The position numbers and the translations under genes were made by a program. This document shows, piece by piece, positions 1 through 9,513 of a stretch of 64,000 bases of DNA (within the stretch, counting starts at the first letter, position 1; each line of letters begins with the position of its first letter). Origin of the DNA: Kiritimatiellia bacterium (GTDB lineage Bacteria > Verrucomicrobiota > Kiritimatiellia > RFP12 > DVOR01); the NCBI GenBank assembly GCA_017531445.1, contig JAFXKZ010000002.1:201286-265285 (forward strand). The letters run 5' to 3'. Below the pieces are notes generated by a model. It ran no database searches and was not told where the DNA came from. It saw only the letters and a program-made list of their open reading frames with translations.

Positions 1-71
1 TAAGGGCGGGGATAATGTGCAAAGAAGGTGTGAATTGGCATGAACAGCAAGTTGAAAACCGTGGAGCACGC

Positions 72-1484
72 ATGACAAAAACAGTAGATTTGATTGTTGT
101 TTCCGGTGTAGACGCCGGAAAGATTTATGCGATTCCCGAATGTGGTGTGGTCTTGGGGCGTTCGCATTCGTGTGACATTTGTCTTGAGGACGGTGCGTTG
201 TCGCGTCAGCATTGCCGCCTTTATTTTGCCGATGACAAACTCATGTTACAGGATTTACTTTCCTCAAACGGAACGTTAGTCAATGGAAATGCTGTTTGTA
301 AAACACCTGTGCAATTGCATCATGGCGATGTAATTGCTCTTGGTTCTTGGGTCTTTCGGGTAGGGGGCTCCGGAGAAGTTTCTGCAATGGGCGCAGCACC
401 TTCAGCAAACATTCCAACGCATTCTCTGTTTGAAACAGACGCTTCTGTGCAAGAGCGTTCGGGCTCAATTGCGTCAAGTGAAATGCGTACAGACGGGCAA
501 CAGGCAGATCTTTTTACGGCATCTTCCGAAAAAATGAGTGAAGCCTCTCAACCGGTTGCGGAAAAACGGCGATTCATTCTGTGGATATCCGCCCTCCTTT
601 TTCTTTTGTCGGCAGGGGTGATACTTTATCTGGTGAGAGGTGGAGAGCCGGAAGAAGTGCGTACACCCCGGCAACTTCCACGGGTTGAACAGGAAGCAGA
701 GTTTTCGTATGAGCGCACGATGATTGATGCGCAACATCTCTTCCGCTACATTCTTGTGTATGACTTTACTTCAAATATCTTATCGTTGGACGTGGACGAT
801 CTTGGAGAGCAGGACCGTAGTTTTTCCAAACGGCTGGAACTCTCTTCTGAAGGGAAAAAGGCTTTAATCAGTTTGCTGATGGAAGCCGATTTGGCTTCGA
901 TTGGCGAATTGTTTCCGGAGCGCAGCCATGATGGTATTACGCTTGAGCAACGCCGATTGACGATTGTGCGTAACCGGGCAATATGGCAACGAGTGGCCGA
1001 AAATGTGCAGAATAAAGACTTCAATGCTCTTTGTGACAAGCTGGAGTTTTTTGCTCGGAATGAATTGCAGGTATGGGCTGCACAGTATTCGGTCGCCGAG
1101 CTGGAGGCGTTGGCCAGAGAGCAGCTATCAATTGCGGATCGTTATTGGGAGCAACGTGATCTGGGGGATGACAAGGTATGGTTGGCCATTGCGGCTTACA
1201 AAAAAGGACTTTCGGCACTGGAAACGCTAAACCCAAAACCGGATTGTCTTGCCGCGCTCTCTGCGGGGCTTCAACAGTCGGACGCGTTGCTTTCTCAACG
1301 TTATGAGGCTGTACTTTTTGAAATCGATCAGGCGATGAATACACAACGCTATGATGTTGCGGAAAGTTTATTGCGAAAGATCCTGCAAATGATTCCCGAT
1401 CGTGATGACGCACGGAATCAACAGGCTTCCGAACGGTTGCTGATCGTTGAACAACGTCGTGGCGGTGATAAAGGAGGCCGTTGA
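72..1484 (+). CDS. FHA-domain membrane protein (N-terminal FHA domain, one TM segment, ~280-aa extracytoplasmic helical domain)
   Basis: ORF 15..1484, with the internal ATG at 72 (MTKTVDL) preferred as start. FHA signature GRSHSCDICLEDGALSRQHCRLYF...SSNGTLVNG. Hydrophobic segment FILWISALLFLLSAGVILYLV. The stop at 1484 abuts the next start at 1486. Confidence 0.8.
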   Translation: MTKTVDLIVVSGVDAGKIYAIPECGVVLGRSHSCDICLEDGALSRQHCRLYFADDKLMLQDLLSSNGTLVNGNAVCKTPVQLHHGDVIALGSWVFRVGGSGEVSAMGAAPSANIPTHSLFETDASVQERSGSIASSEMRTDGQQADLFTASSEKMSEASQPVAEKRRFILWISALLFLLSAGVILYLVRGGEPEEVRTPRQLPRVEQEAEFSYERTMIDAQHLFRYILVYDFTSNILSLDVDDLGEQDRSFSKRLELSSEGKKALISLLMEADLASIGELFPERSHDGITLEQRRLTIVRNRAIWQRVAENVQNKDFNALCDKLEFFARNELQVWAAQYSVAELEALAREQLSIADRYWEQRDLGDDKVWLAIAAYKKGLSALETLNPKPDCLAALSAGLQQSDALLSQRYEAVLFEIDQAMNTQRYDVAESLLRKILQMIPDRDDARNQQASERLLIVEQRRGGDKGGR

Positions 1485-1485
1485 G

Positions 1486-2820
1486 ATGAAGATTTCAATG
1501 AAGCGCATGGTCGGTATTTTTTTGAGTGTCCTGCTCGTGACGGTGGCGTGGTCCTCCGAAACAGAACATTTGTCAAGCGTCCGTGTGACCATGGAACCGG
1601 CAGCCACGTTGCTGTTAAACCACAAGGTTGTTTCGGAAGGGACGTCCTTTCAACTTGTTTTACCTGCGAATAAACCCGCGTTGTTGGAGGCTTCTGCTCC
1701 CGGTTATGTTACGGCTTACCGTATGGTGTATCCACAGCCAGGAGAGCGTAGACTGGAGTCGTTTAAGCTGCAGCGTCATCCTATTCCGGTATTGTTCCGC
1801 TCAAATCATGCTGCGACGGTGCTCTGTGACGGGCAGGTCTTAGGCGTAACACCGTTCTCTACGTTCTTTGCCGAGCCCAAGGTGTACCGGGTGGTCTTTC
1901 GGGCGCAAGGGTGTGCGGATACTGTGATACGGATGGATCTTGCCAATGCGAAACCGCGTATCGTCAATGCAGAACTGGCTTCGGATTCGGCAACATTGTC
2001 GGTGCACTCTTCTCCGGAAGGAGCAACGGTTTTGATAAACGGTGTCCCAAGAGGTGTAACGCCGTGTACATTGCCGCGCCTTCGCGAAGGGGAACATACG
2101 CTGATGTTGAAGTTGGCGGGTTATCATGTTTACGAGCAGACGGTTTCGGTGCGTTCCGGGGATGCTTCGCAAGTTTCTGCCGTCTTGCAGAAGTTGCCGG
2201 CAGGATTAACGATTGTGGCTTCTCAACCGGAATCGCAGGTTTATGTCAATGGAAGACCATACGGCACTGCGCCGCTAACTCTGCATAACGTCACCGAAGG
2301 GGCTTACAGCATTCGCGTGGAGAAGGAGGGATGTCAGCCGATCGATCGGAAAATCACCCTGACTGCAGGGCAGACGCATGAAGAACGATTTGAACTTTTA
2401 CCACTGATGGGGCATATGCGTATTCAAACACAACCCGGCACGGTGGAGGTTTGGGTGGATGGTCGTCGCACAATTGAAACGCATCCTGAAAAGCCGGAGG
2501 GGTTCACCTCGTCCGAGGCGACAATTCAATTGCCGATCGGTAAACATTCACTCGTTTTCAAGGCGGAAGGGTATGCAGATTCAGAGCGCGTAGTGGAGGT
2601 GAAACAGACCGGGAATGAATTGCTTCGTGTGCGGTTGAATTTCAAACCCAATTTTGAGGTGCGCACAAAGACGGAAGTGCATCGTGGTGTACTTGTACGG
2701 CAAGATGCCGATGGTTCGGTGTCTTTGGAATTGCGCCCGGGTATGTACCGCACGTTTCCGGCGGGAGAAATCCGTTCAAAGCGTTTCTGGAGTGAAAAAA
2801 ATGTTCCCGTGGCTCATTGA
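1486..2820 (+). CDS. Secreted multi-PEGA-domain protein
   Basis: ATG 1486 is preceded by AAAGGAGG. Signal-like N-terminus MKISMKRMVGIFLSVLLVTVAWS. Repeated PEGA-type units, e.g. SSPEGATVLINGVPRGVTPCTL, SQPESQVYVNGRPYGTAPLTL, TQPGTVEVWVDGR. Confidence 0.8.
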   Translation: MKISMKRMVGIFLSVLLVTVAWSSETEHLSSVRVTMEPAATLLLNHKVVSEGTSFQLVLPANKPALLEASAPGYVTAYRMVYPQPGERRLESFKLQRHPIPVLFRSNHAATVLCDGQVLGVTPFSTFFAEPKVYRVVFRAQGCADTVIRMDLANAKPRIVNAELASDSATLSVHSSPEGATVLINGVPRGVTPCTLPRLREGEHTLMLKLAGYHVYEQTVSVRSGDASQVSAVLQKLPAGLTIVASQPESQVYVNGRPYGTAPLTLHNVTEGAYSIRVEKEGCQPIDRKITLTAGQTHEERFELLPLMGHMRIQTQPGTVEVWVDGRRTIETHPEKPEGFTSSEATIQLPIGKHSLVFKAEGYADSERVVEVKQTGNELLRVRLNFKPNFEVRTKTEVHRGVLVRQDADGSVSLELRPGMYRTFPAGEIRSKRFWSEKNVPVAH

Positions 2821-3541
2821 TACGCACTGTCATTTTGATCCGGAAGATGAGGCTTCAAAATTGTTGAAAGACGCACATGAATGTGCTGTCCGTGTGATTG
2901 CAGTCGGGGGTAATGAAGTCAATAATCAGACGGCGATGCAGTCAGGGGCACCATTTGCATGGGGCTATGATTGGTCGTGCGCCGGATGTGCGGTGACGCT
3001 GACGCGCTTGCCGGGGATGATCGCTGTCGGCGAACTCGGGTTCGATTTTCATCGGGGGTATTCGCCGGAAGCGGAGCAGGGGCAACGGGAACATTTCGCT
3101 CGTCAGGCCGCGTTTGCCCGTTGCGAAGCGTTGCCGGTGATCATTCATACGCGTGAAGCGGATGAAGTAACTGTTTCTGCATTACACGAGGCGGACTTGC
3201 CAAAGGCCGGAGTTATTCACTCGTTTACCGGCGATTGTGCTCTCGCCCGTCGCTTGTTAGATTTGGGCTACTTCATTTCTTTTTCCGGAATCGTCACCTT
3301 TCGTAATGCGGACCTGCTGCGCGAAACGGCAAAATATGTGCCAATGGATCGTCTGCTGATTGAGACAGATGCGCCCTATCTTGCGCCTGTTCCAATGAGA
3401 GGAAAGCGGAATCGTCCGGCGTATGTGCGCCATACTGCCGATTTTCTGGCGGCACTTCGCGGAATGACACTTGAAACATTCGCGCAACAAACGCTGGAAA
3501 ATACCCGGCACTGCTTCGGCGCGGATGCGGTGGGAGGATAA
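2801..3541 (+). CDS. tatD: TatD-family metal-dependent hydrolase/DNase
   Basis: Start ATG 2801 (MFPWLIDTHCHFD). Motifs DTHCH, GELGFDFH, VIIHTREA, IETDAPYL. The upstream 49 codons of the tracked ORF overlap the PEGA gene and were trimmed. Confidence 0.85.
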   Translation: MFPWLIDTHCHFDPEDEASKLLKDAHECAVRVIAVGGNEVNNQTAMQSGAPFAWGYDWSCAGCAVTLTRLPGMIAVGELGFDFHRGYSPEAEQGQREHFARQAAFARCEALPVIIHTREADEVTVSALHEADLPKAGVIHSFTGDCALARRLLDLGYFISFSGIVTFRNADLLRETAKYVPMDRLLIETDAPYLAPVPMRGKRNRPAYVRHTADFLAALRGMTLETFAQQTLENTRHCFGADAVGG

Positions 3542-4404
3542 TGATTATGTATGAGACTGTGCAGCGCGTGTTGGTCACCGGAGGTTCCGGGACGCTGGGT
3601 TCGCAAATCGTTGCCAGCCTGAAAACCGCCGGTGTTCCGGTGGTCGCCCCCACACATCAGGCGGTTGATCTTACGGACGCGCGCGCGGTTGCAGCAATGG
3701 TGGAAACTGTCGCTCCCACGCAAATTATCAATTGTGCCGCGCAGCGGCGGCCGGACCTCTGTGAATCAGAAGACGCTTCCGTAATTGCTTTGAATGTGGA
3801 ATTACCGCAACGTTTGGCGCAAACGGGCATCCCGCTTGTCCACATCTCCACGGATTATGTTTTTAATGGTGCCAATGCTCCGTATGACGAAGCGGCACCG
3901 CGCCGTCCACTCAATGCGTATGGTCGTCAAAAGGCGATGGCAGAGGCTCTGATTGAGCACCTGTCACACGTTTTGATTTTGCGTGTGCCGATTCTTTTCG
4001 GGCCGATTTCCAATCTTGAAAATTCTGCCGTGACGGTACTTGCCGCCAATCTGATAAAGGCGCGGGGGGCGTCGGTGTGGATGGATGATATCGCCGTCCG
4101 CTATCCCACCTTTACAGGTGATGTCGCCCGGCAACTCTTGGCTTTGCTCCCGGAAGTCGGGAAACGTTATTCCGGTATTTATCACTATTCGGGGGCGGAA
4201 CCCATGACGAAGTTTATGATGGGGGTGACGATGGCACCACTCATCGGATGTGCGACGGAACAATGTTTGCCGGATCATCGCCCGCCAACGGTGCCGCGTC
4301 CCTATGATTGCCATCTTTCCACGCGGAAGCTCCGTCAAACAGGATGCTTTGTTGAGCCGACCCCCTTTGCTACGGCGATTCTCCAAACGTTAGCTTCTCG
4401 TTGA
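3541..4404 (+). CDS. RmlD/RfbD-like SDR reductase (dTDP-4-dehydrorhamnose reductase family; substrate uncertain)
   Basis: TAATG overlap with the tatD stop and a GGGAGG RBS. Rossmann motif VLVTGGSGTLGS. STDYVFNG and the 287-aa length are typical of this family. No rmlABC neighbours. Confidence 0.7.
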   Translation: MIMYETVQRVLVTGGSGTLGSQIVASLKTAGVPVVAPTHQAVDLTDARAVAAMVETVAPTQIINCAAQRRPDLCESEDASVIALNVELPQRLAQTGIPLVHISTDYVFNGANAPYDEAAPRRPLNAYGRQKAMAEALIEHLSHVLILRVPILFGPISNLENSAVTVLAANLIKARGASVWMDDIAVRYPTFTGDVARQLLALLPEVGKRYSGIYHYSGAEPMTKFMMGVTMAPLIGCATEQCLPDHRPPTVPRPYDCHLSTRKLRQTGCFVEPTPFATAILQTLASR

Positions 4405-4422
4405 GTTCTCTGTCAATAAACG

Positions 4423-4466
4423 CGTTTCACCACGCGCTTGGAAGCGGTGGGGTGAAACGTAATTTT
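4423..4466 (+). terminator. Rho-independent terminator after the rmlD-like gene
   Basis: CGTTTCACC...GGTGAAACG stem (4423-4459) followed by TAATTTT. Confidence 0.6.
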
Positions 4467-4571
4467 GGATTGAGTTTGACTTTTTGCGTATCAGTCAAAT
4501 GATTGTCACGCCTTTTTGTGGATGGTCAGTAGGAATTCATCCGTAGGCGAAAAATATCCCCTCCAAATCGT

Positions 4572-4725
4572 ATTTTGAACTTCGGCGAAATAGCTTGTTG
4601 ATTTTGTGGACTTTCAATCGCAATTTCGGCGACTTTGGTGGGGAAAAGTCGCCGGGATTGTTTTTTGTTTTCGCCGTACCGAAATGGACACATTGGGAAG
4701 TTGAGGGTAGAGGGTTTAACTTTAC
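4572..4725 (+). repeat. GGCGA/TCGCC-box extragenic element, copy R1
   Basis: Collinear identical blocks shared with copy R2 (51001-51125): GGCGACTTTG, GCCGGGATTG, TTTCGCCG, AAATG, CACAT, GAAGTTGA. Inner hairpin CGGCGACTT/AAGTCGCCG (4627-4653). The 19-mer at 4572-4590 is the exact reverse complement of 51076-51094. Confidence 0.6.
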
Positions 4726-5039
4726 CGGAGTTGTATACTAATCGTATTTCCGGCATTATTAGTCCACGATGTACTATTTCCCTAAGCGGTTTTCCGAAGT
4801 GCTGTTTTGCGAGTAATAAGCGGTTGACATCAATGCCGTATTTCAATCTATTTGATAGTACAATCTATGACAGATTATAAGTCAGACGTCATCGGGTAAC
4901 CGTGGCACAGACACTTTTAAGGTTTAGGTGGTAGAGAATTTGTTTTGAATAAGTCGCTATTCAGCATTTCTTGGAGTGTGGCTTAATCAATCAACGGATC
5001 GGGTGGCTCTTCATCCCATACGTCTTTCATCATTTTTGA

Positions 5040-5470
5040 GCTTTAGGGTGATCGGCTTTTACGGTTCCTCGAATATAAATATAAGCCGAGATTTGGCTTG
5101 TTTTGCACCATAACCATACAAATAAACGTAGCCGAGATTGAATGATGTCGAAATTGCAATGGCTTTGGGGACGTTTGAAGGACCTTCCTCAAGGTTAGTT
5201 GCGTAGAGAGCGTCAATTTGTTCCATAAGTTAAAAACTTCTTCTATGGACTGTTCCACGCCTTGGCCTTCTGCATAGCATAGATGTCTCTACATGACTTT
5301 GTTCAGCCGCCTTACTCAACCTTTTGCAGCATCTACGAGATCTTTCGCGCCACCACTCCTTGCTCATAGCTAACACCCAATGCGTATTGCGCCACTACGT
5401 AGCCTTGCTCAGCGGCTTTTTGATACCCACAGCCCAAAGTGGGAGACTCTCTTTTAAGCGATTGGGTAAG
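5040..5470 (-). pseudogene. Decayed Sel1-repeat (SLR/TPR-like) protein gene
   Basis: Minus-strand translation gives Sel1-type repeats in shifting frames separated by stops: YQKAAEQGYVVAQYALGVSYEQGVV, then KAAEQSHVE in another frame, then YAEGQGVEQSIEEVFNLWNKL (the last part lies in ORF 5043..5258). No long intact ORF. Confidence 0.45.
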
Positions 5471-5841
5471 ACAACTTCAATTCAAGGTCTGTATACGTGA
5501 GAAAATGCCAGAGCCTGGTGTAAGCGGATTGCCACAGGTAAATGGCACGGGATTGAGATGTAGATGAATGGGCGCGAATCTTTTATTCAGGCGGTCTTCT
5601 GCATCTTCTCTCCGATGGTGTAGGCGGCTTCTTGTTTTTATAGGAAACGGAAAACGGTAAAGACTGTTGAAGTTTGATTGCTTTGCGATTGGCGGTAAAC
5701 CGGGTGGTGATACACCGCCCGACTTTCACATTCTTAACAGCTTTTGCAAGACCTCCAGAGGAATCGGTGAAATATGCGATGTACGATTGCGGAAAAAGGT
5801 GCTGCCCACAATTGAAAATTCGTGTCGTGCCGGGCTGTTTT

Positions 5842-5850
5842 TGCTATAAT
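5842..5850 (+). promoter_or_regulatory. Extended -10 promoter element TGCTATAAT upstream of gpmI
   Basis: TGnTATAAT match 29 nt upstream of ATG 5880. GAAAGGAA RBS between them. Confidence 0.45.
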
Positions 5851-5879
5851 GAGCGCGTTTATTCAGAAAGGAATCTGTT

Positions 5880-7439
5880 ATGTCGAAGCGTCCTGTTTGC
5901 TTGATTATTCGCGATGGTTGGGGAATGAATGCCCGTTTTGAAGGGAATTCGGTCTTCAGTGCGCAAACGCCGGTGATTGATGCGTTGCGTACGCGTTATC
6001 CGTGGTGTCGGATCGAGTGCTCCGGTGAAGAGGTGGGTTTGCCGGATGGCTATCAGGGTTCATCTGAGGTTGGTCACCTCAATATGGGCGCAGGACGCAT
6101 TGTTGAGCAGGAACTGAAGCGCATCGATGACGGCTTGAAGAGCGGAGAACTCTTTAAGAGTGAAAAGTGGGAGGCGTTGATTGCCAATTGGAAGCAGAAT
6201 GCTTCGCAGTTGCACTTGATGGGATTGTTGCAGGATGAAGGCGTTCATGCGCATCAAGAGCACCTCTTCAAGATTATGAAGCGTGCGCGGCAGGAATATC
6301 CGGAAGGGCGCATCGTGTTGCATCCGTTCCTGGATGGTCGTGATACGCCGCCGCGTTCAACACTTGAATATCTTGCCAAGTTGCAGACGGTGATGGCGGA
6401 AGTCGGCAATTGTGTTATCGGCACGGCGATGGGGCGTTATTACGGCATGGATCGCTCCAAAAACTGGGTGCTGACTTCGGAAGCATACGAGTGCATCGTT
6501 GCCGCAAAGGGTAAGTCTTATGCCAAGGTGGAAGACGCTGTTAAGGATGCTTACGACAATCTGAAGACGCCTGATGGCACAGAAATGACGGATGAATACA
6601 TTCCTTGTTGCATCATTGGCGACTATGCAGGCGTTAAGGATGGCGATAGTGTGATGCATACCAACTACCGTCAGGATCGTGCGATTCAGCTTACGCAGGC
6701 CTTTTTCTGCGACGATTATGCCGGAACGCGTTCGGTGCGTCCTGCGGTGACATTCCTCGGTTTCACTCGTTATTGGGATGAATTTGAGGCCTACCTCTTG
6801 GGCGCAATGGGTGGAGATGGTGGCATGGATATGCTGTTGGGCGAAGTTGTTTCCAAGGCAGGCATCCGTCAGTTGCGCATTGCTGAAACACAGAAGTTCC
6901 GTCATGTGACTTCCTTCTTCAATGGCAAGAGTACCAAACCTTATGAAGGTGAAGATCAAGTCGATGTGCCCAGCCGCTTTGATCCGGCAACATTCGCTTC
7001 GCATCCAGAAATGGAGGCCTACAATGTTACAGACGAGCTCTTGAAGCGTTTGGAAAACAATCCGTATGGCTTTATTGTGGTGAATTACGCCAACTGCGAC
7101 ATGGTGGGGCATACGGGGGATCTTGCTGCGGCCACCAAAGCGGTGGAAATTGTAGATGAATGCGTAGGCAAGGTGGTAGAACGCCTTTTGGAGCTTGATG
7201 CACACATCTTGATTACAGCAGACCATGGCAATGCCGAACAGATGGTGGATTATGTCACCGGAATGCCGAAGACTTCGCATACATTGAATAAAGTCGAGTG
7301 TATCTATGTGGCCAAGGATGCCGACAAGCGTACGATGCGTGCTGATGGTAAGCTCTCGGATATTGCTGTTGCTTGCATTGATTTGTTGGGGCTTGAAAAG
7401 CCTGAACAGATGACTGCGAACAATCTCTTCATAGACTAA
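5880..7439 (+). CDS. gpmI: 2,3-bisphosphoglycerate-independent phosphoglycerate mutase
   Basis: 519 aa. Motifs LIIRDGWG, SSEVGHLNMGAGR, DGRDTPP, ADHGNAE. Confidence 0.93.
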   Translation: MSKRPVCLIIRDGWGMNARFEGNSVFSAQTPVIDALRTRYPWCRIECSGEEVGLPDGYQGSSEVGHLNMGAGRIVEQELKRIDDGLKSGELFKSEKWEALIANWKQNASQLHLMGLLQDEGVHAHQEHLFKIMKRARQEYPEGRIVLHPFLDGRDTPPRSTLEYLAKLQTVMAEVGNCVIGTAMGRYYGMDRSKNWVLTSEAYECIVAAKGKSYAKVEDAVKDAYDNLKTPDGTEMTDEYIPCCIIGDYAGVKDGDSVMHTNYRQDRAIQLTQAFFCDDYAGTRSVRPAVTFLGFTRYWDEFEAYLLGAMGGDGGMDMLLGEVVSKAGIRQLRIAETQKFRHVTSFFNGKSTKPYEGEDQVDVPSRFDPATFASHPEMEAYNVTDELLKRLENNPYGFIVVNYANCDMVGHTGDLAAATKAVEIVDECVGKVVERLLELDAHILITADHGNAEQMVDYVTGMPKTSHTLNKVECIYVAKDADKRTMRADGKLSDIAVACIDLLGLEKPEQMTANNLFID

Positions 7440-7526
7440 GTGGCTGCTGACATGAACTTTTCCGGGTGGCGGTATCACTGCTGCCCGGCTCTTTCCTATA
7501 AAGGTGGGAATGAAAGTGATTTAGAG

Positions 7527-8606
7527 ATGAACAGTGAACATTTGAAACGGATTGAGAAATTACAGATGGCAATGGCCGCAGCGAATGTAGATGCGGTTTT
7601 TCTCTATTCCTCAGTCAATCGTCATTACTTTACCGGATTAACAACGAGCAATGGGCTTTTGCTTGTTGAGCGACACGGTGTGCCGGTTTTTTACACAGAT
7701 TTCCGTTATCTGGAAGTGGCGCATCGCGTGTTGAAGGGAATTGAGGTTCGCAAGTTCAAGCCGGCAAAAGAACAGTTGGCGGATTATGCGGCGGCGGCGG
7801 CCGGTTGGAAAACCATTGGATATGAAGGCAATTTGACAGTGGCCCAGTTTTTGCCGTTGCAGGAAACGATGGCACACGCAAAATGGACAAGTATCTCTTC
7901 AATGGTTTCTGCGTTGAGAGCCGTGAAATCAGCTGAGGAGATTGATGCGATTCGCCGTTCTGCAGCGGCGAATGATGCACTGTTCGCCGATTTGATGGAT
8001 ACTTTCAAAGTGGGGATGAGTGAACTTGAAATGCTACGTCATTTCCGCATGAAGCTCGCGGCGCGCGGTCTTGCAGAGTCGTTTGCTCCGATTCTATGTG
8101 CCGGTACGAATGCGGTAGAGTGTCATCATGAGCCGGACGATACGGTGTTGCAGCCCGATAGTGAATTGTTAATTGACATGGGTGTTGTGGTGGACAACTA
8201 TTGTTCGGATATGACGCGAACAATCTTCTTCGGTGAACCGACCAAGCGTTTCCGTGAGATCCATTCCATCGTATTGGAAGCCAATCGTGCAGCTTTGGCA
8301 GCAATCAAGCCGGGTGTGCGTTGCTGTGATATTGATGCAATCGCTCGCAACATCATCAAGGATTACGGTTATGGGGAATATTTTGACCACTCGCTTGGTC
8401 ATAGTGTAGGGTTGGAAGTACATGAACAGCCTGCGCTTTCGATAAACTGCGAAACCGTTTTAGAACCCGGTATGATTGTTACGGATGAACCCGGTATCTA
8501 TATTCCGGGAGAGGTGGGGGTTCGCATTGAAGATTTGGTTTTGGTTACCGAAAACGGATGCGAATCTCTTTCGCACACACCGCACGAGATTGTTTTGCCA
8601 TGCTAA
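7527..8606 (+). CDS. M24-family Xaa-Pro peptidase
   Basis: ATG 7527 ([13 protein letters not shown]). Creatinase-like N-domain plus metal ligand motifs [45 protein letters not shown]. Confidence 0.85.
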   Translation: MNSEHLKRIEKLQMAMAAANVDAVFLYSSVNRHYFTGLTTSNGLLLVERHGVPVFYTDFRYLEVAHRVLKGIEVRKFKPAKEQLADYAAAAAGWKTIGYEGNLTVAQFLPLQETMAHAKWTSISSMVSALRAVKSAEEIDAIRRSAAANDALFADLMDTFKVGMSELEMLRHFRMKLAARGLAESFAPILCAGTNAVECHHEPDDTVLQPDSELLIDMGVVVDNYCSDMTRTIFFGEPTKRFREIHSIVLEANRAALAAIKPGVRCCDIDAIARNIIKDYGYGEYFDHSLGHSVGLEVHEQPALSINCETVLEPGMIVTDEPGIYIPGEVGVRIEDLVLVTENGCESLSHTPHEIVLPC

Positions 8607-9169
8607 AGCATCAACCGAATCAAGTACGCATCGCATCGCTGGTGCGCGAACTACTTATTGAACTTGGCGAGAATCCCGACCGTGAAGGCTTGTTGAAAAC
8701 GCCGGAGCGTGTGGCAAAAGCGATGACGTATCTTACACAAGGGTATCGCCAGACGCCGCAGGAAGTGCTTAATGGTGCGGTCTTTGAGTCAACGGCCAAT
8801 AACATGGTAATTGTGCGCGATATTGAAATTTATTCACTTTGCGAGCATCATCTTCTGCCGTTTTATGGACGGTGCCACGTTGGGTACATTGCCAATGGAA
8901 AGGTTGTGGGGCTTAGTAAAGTGGCACGTATCGTGGATTGCTTCGCTCGACGTTTGCAGATTCAGGAACGGCTTACCGAAGAAATTGCCCATGCAATTCA
9001 AGAGATCACAGGTGCAGAAGGTGTAGGGGTAGTAATGAATTGCGCCCACCTTTGCATGATGATGCGCGGAGTAGAGAAACAAAATGCCGTTACGGTAACT
9101 TCGTCTGTCTTGGGTTCTTTCCGGGAAGATTCGGGTGTTCGTGCTGAGTTCATGAGTCTTGTCCGATAA
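8600..9169 (+). CDS. folE: GTP cyclohydrolase I
   Basis: ATG 8600 overlaps the peptidase stop (ATGCTAA). Motifs [39 protein letters not shown]. Confidence 0.92.
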   Translation: MLKHQPNQVRIASLVRELLIELGENPDREGLLKTPERVAKAMTYLTQGYRQTPQEVLNGAVFESTANNMVIVRDIEIYSLCEHHLLPFYGRCHVGYIANGKVVGLSKVARIVDCFARRLQIQERLTEEIAHAIQEITGAEGVGVVMNCAHLCMMMRGVEKQNAVTVTSSVLGSFREDSGVRAEFMSLVR

Positions 9170-9198
9170 GATTTCCGTTGAGTTTCCCGTTGCATTTG

Positions 9199-9234
9199 AT
9201 TGGCTGGTCGTTTCACTCGCCGGCCAATTTTTTG
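9199..9234 (+). terminator. Rho-independent terminator after folE
   Basis: ATTGGCTGG...CCGGCCAAT stem (one G-U pair) followed by TTTTTT. Confidence 0.65.
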
Positions 9235-9460
9235 AGGTTCATGCCAAATCGTAATTGTTTTTCGATTGTTACTTGCCACGTTTGCGTTAAGAAGACAATA
9301 CAAAACATACTTTTACTAAAAATTGAGTGAGTCCTTTCATTGAATTGATAACTTGTGATATTTGAATGTGCTAGAAGAAAAGATTGGTAAAAGGATAAAC
9401 AGAAGAGGTGAAATTGGCGCAGTATTTGAGTGAAAACTATGTTATACAAAGCAGTTGTTT

Positions 9461-9469
9461 TGCTATAAT
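9461..9469 (+). promoter_or_regulatory. Extended -10 promoter element TGCTATAAT upstream of thiC
   Basis: The same TTTTGCTATAAT string as upstream of gpmI. 44 nt upstream of ATG 9514. Confidence 0.45.
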
Positions 9470-9513
9470 TTGAACTGGTTTTAATTAGAATTGATTGTCG
9501 AGGATTTTTGATA

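Noticed and set aside
2654-2800. 49-codon N-terminal extension of the tatD ORF in the track
   Set aside because: It overlaps the 3' end of the PEGA gene and has a Cys/Arg-rich nonsense-like sequence. The conserved TatD N-terminus (MFPWLIDTHCH) begins at the ATG at 2801.
4526-4846. 106-aa minus-strand ORF (TTG start) in the coding desert, with a faint HTH-like KYGIDVNRLLLAKQHFG string
   Set aside because: It has a TTG start and no RBS, with in-frame stops immediately upstream. Its 3' half is made of repeat copy R1, which also occurs non-coding at 51.0 kb. At best it is a relic, so it was not called as a gene.
6357-7478. 373-aa ORF antisense to gpmI
   Set aside because: The + frame encodes a full-length gpmI with all family motifs. 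The antisense ORF is His/Arg/Cys/Ile-rich with no recognisable motif, and it runs across the gpmI stop. It is a typical shadow ORF.
9235-9513. TPP riboswitch expected upstream of thiC
   Set aside because: The conserved THI-box cores were not found on either strand by eye, so no riboswitch feature was called. This needs confirmation by cmsearch.
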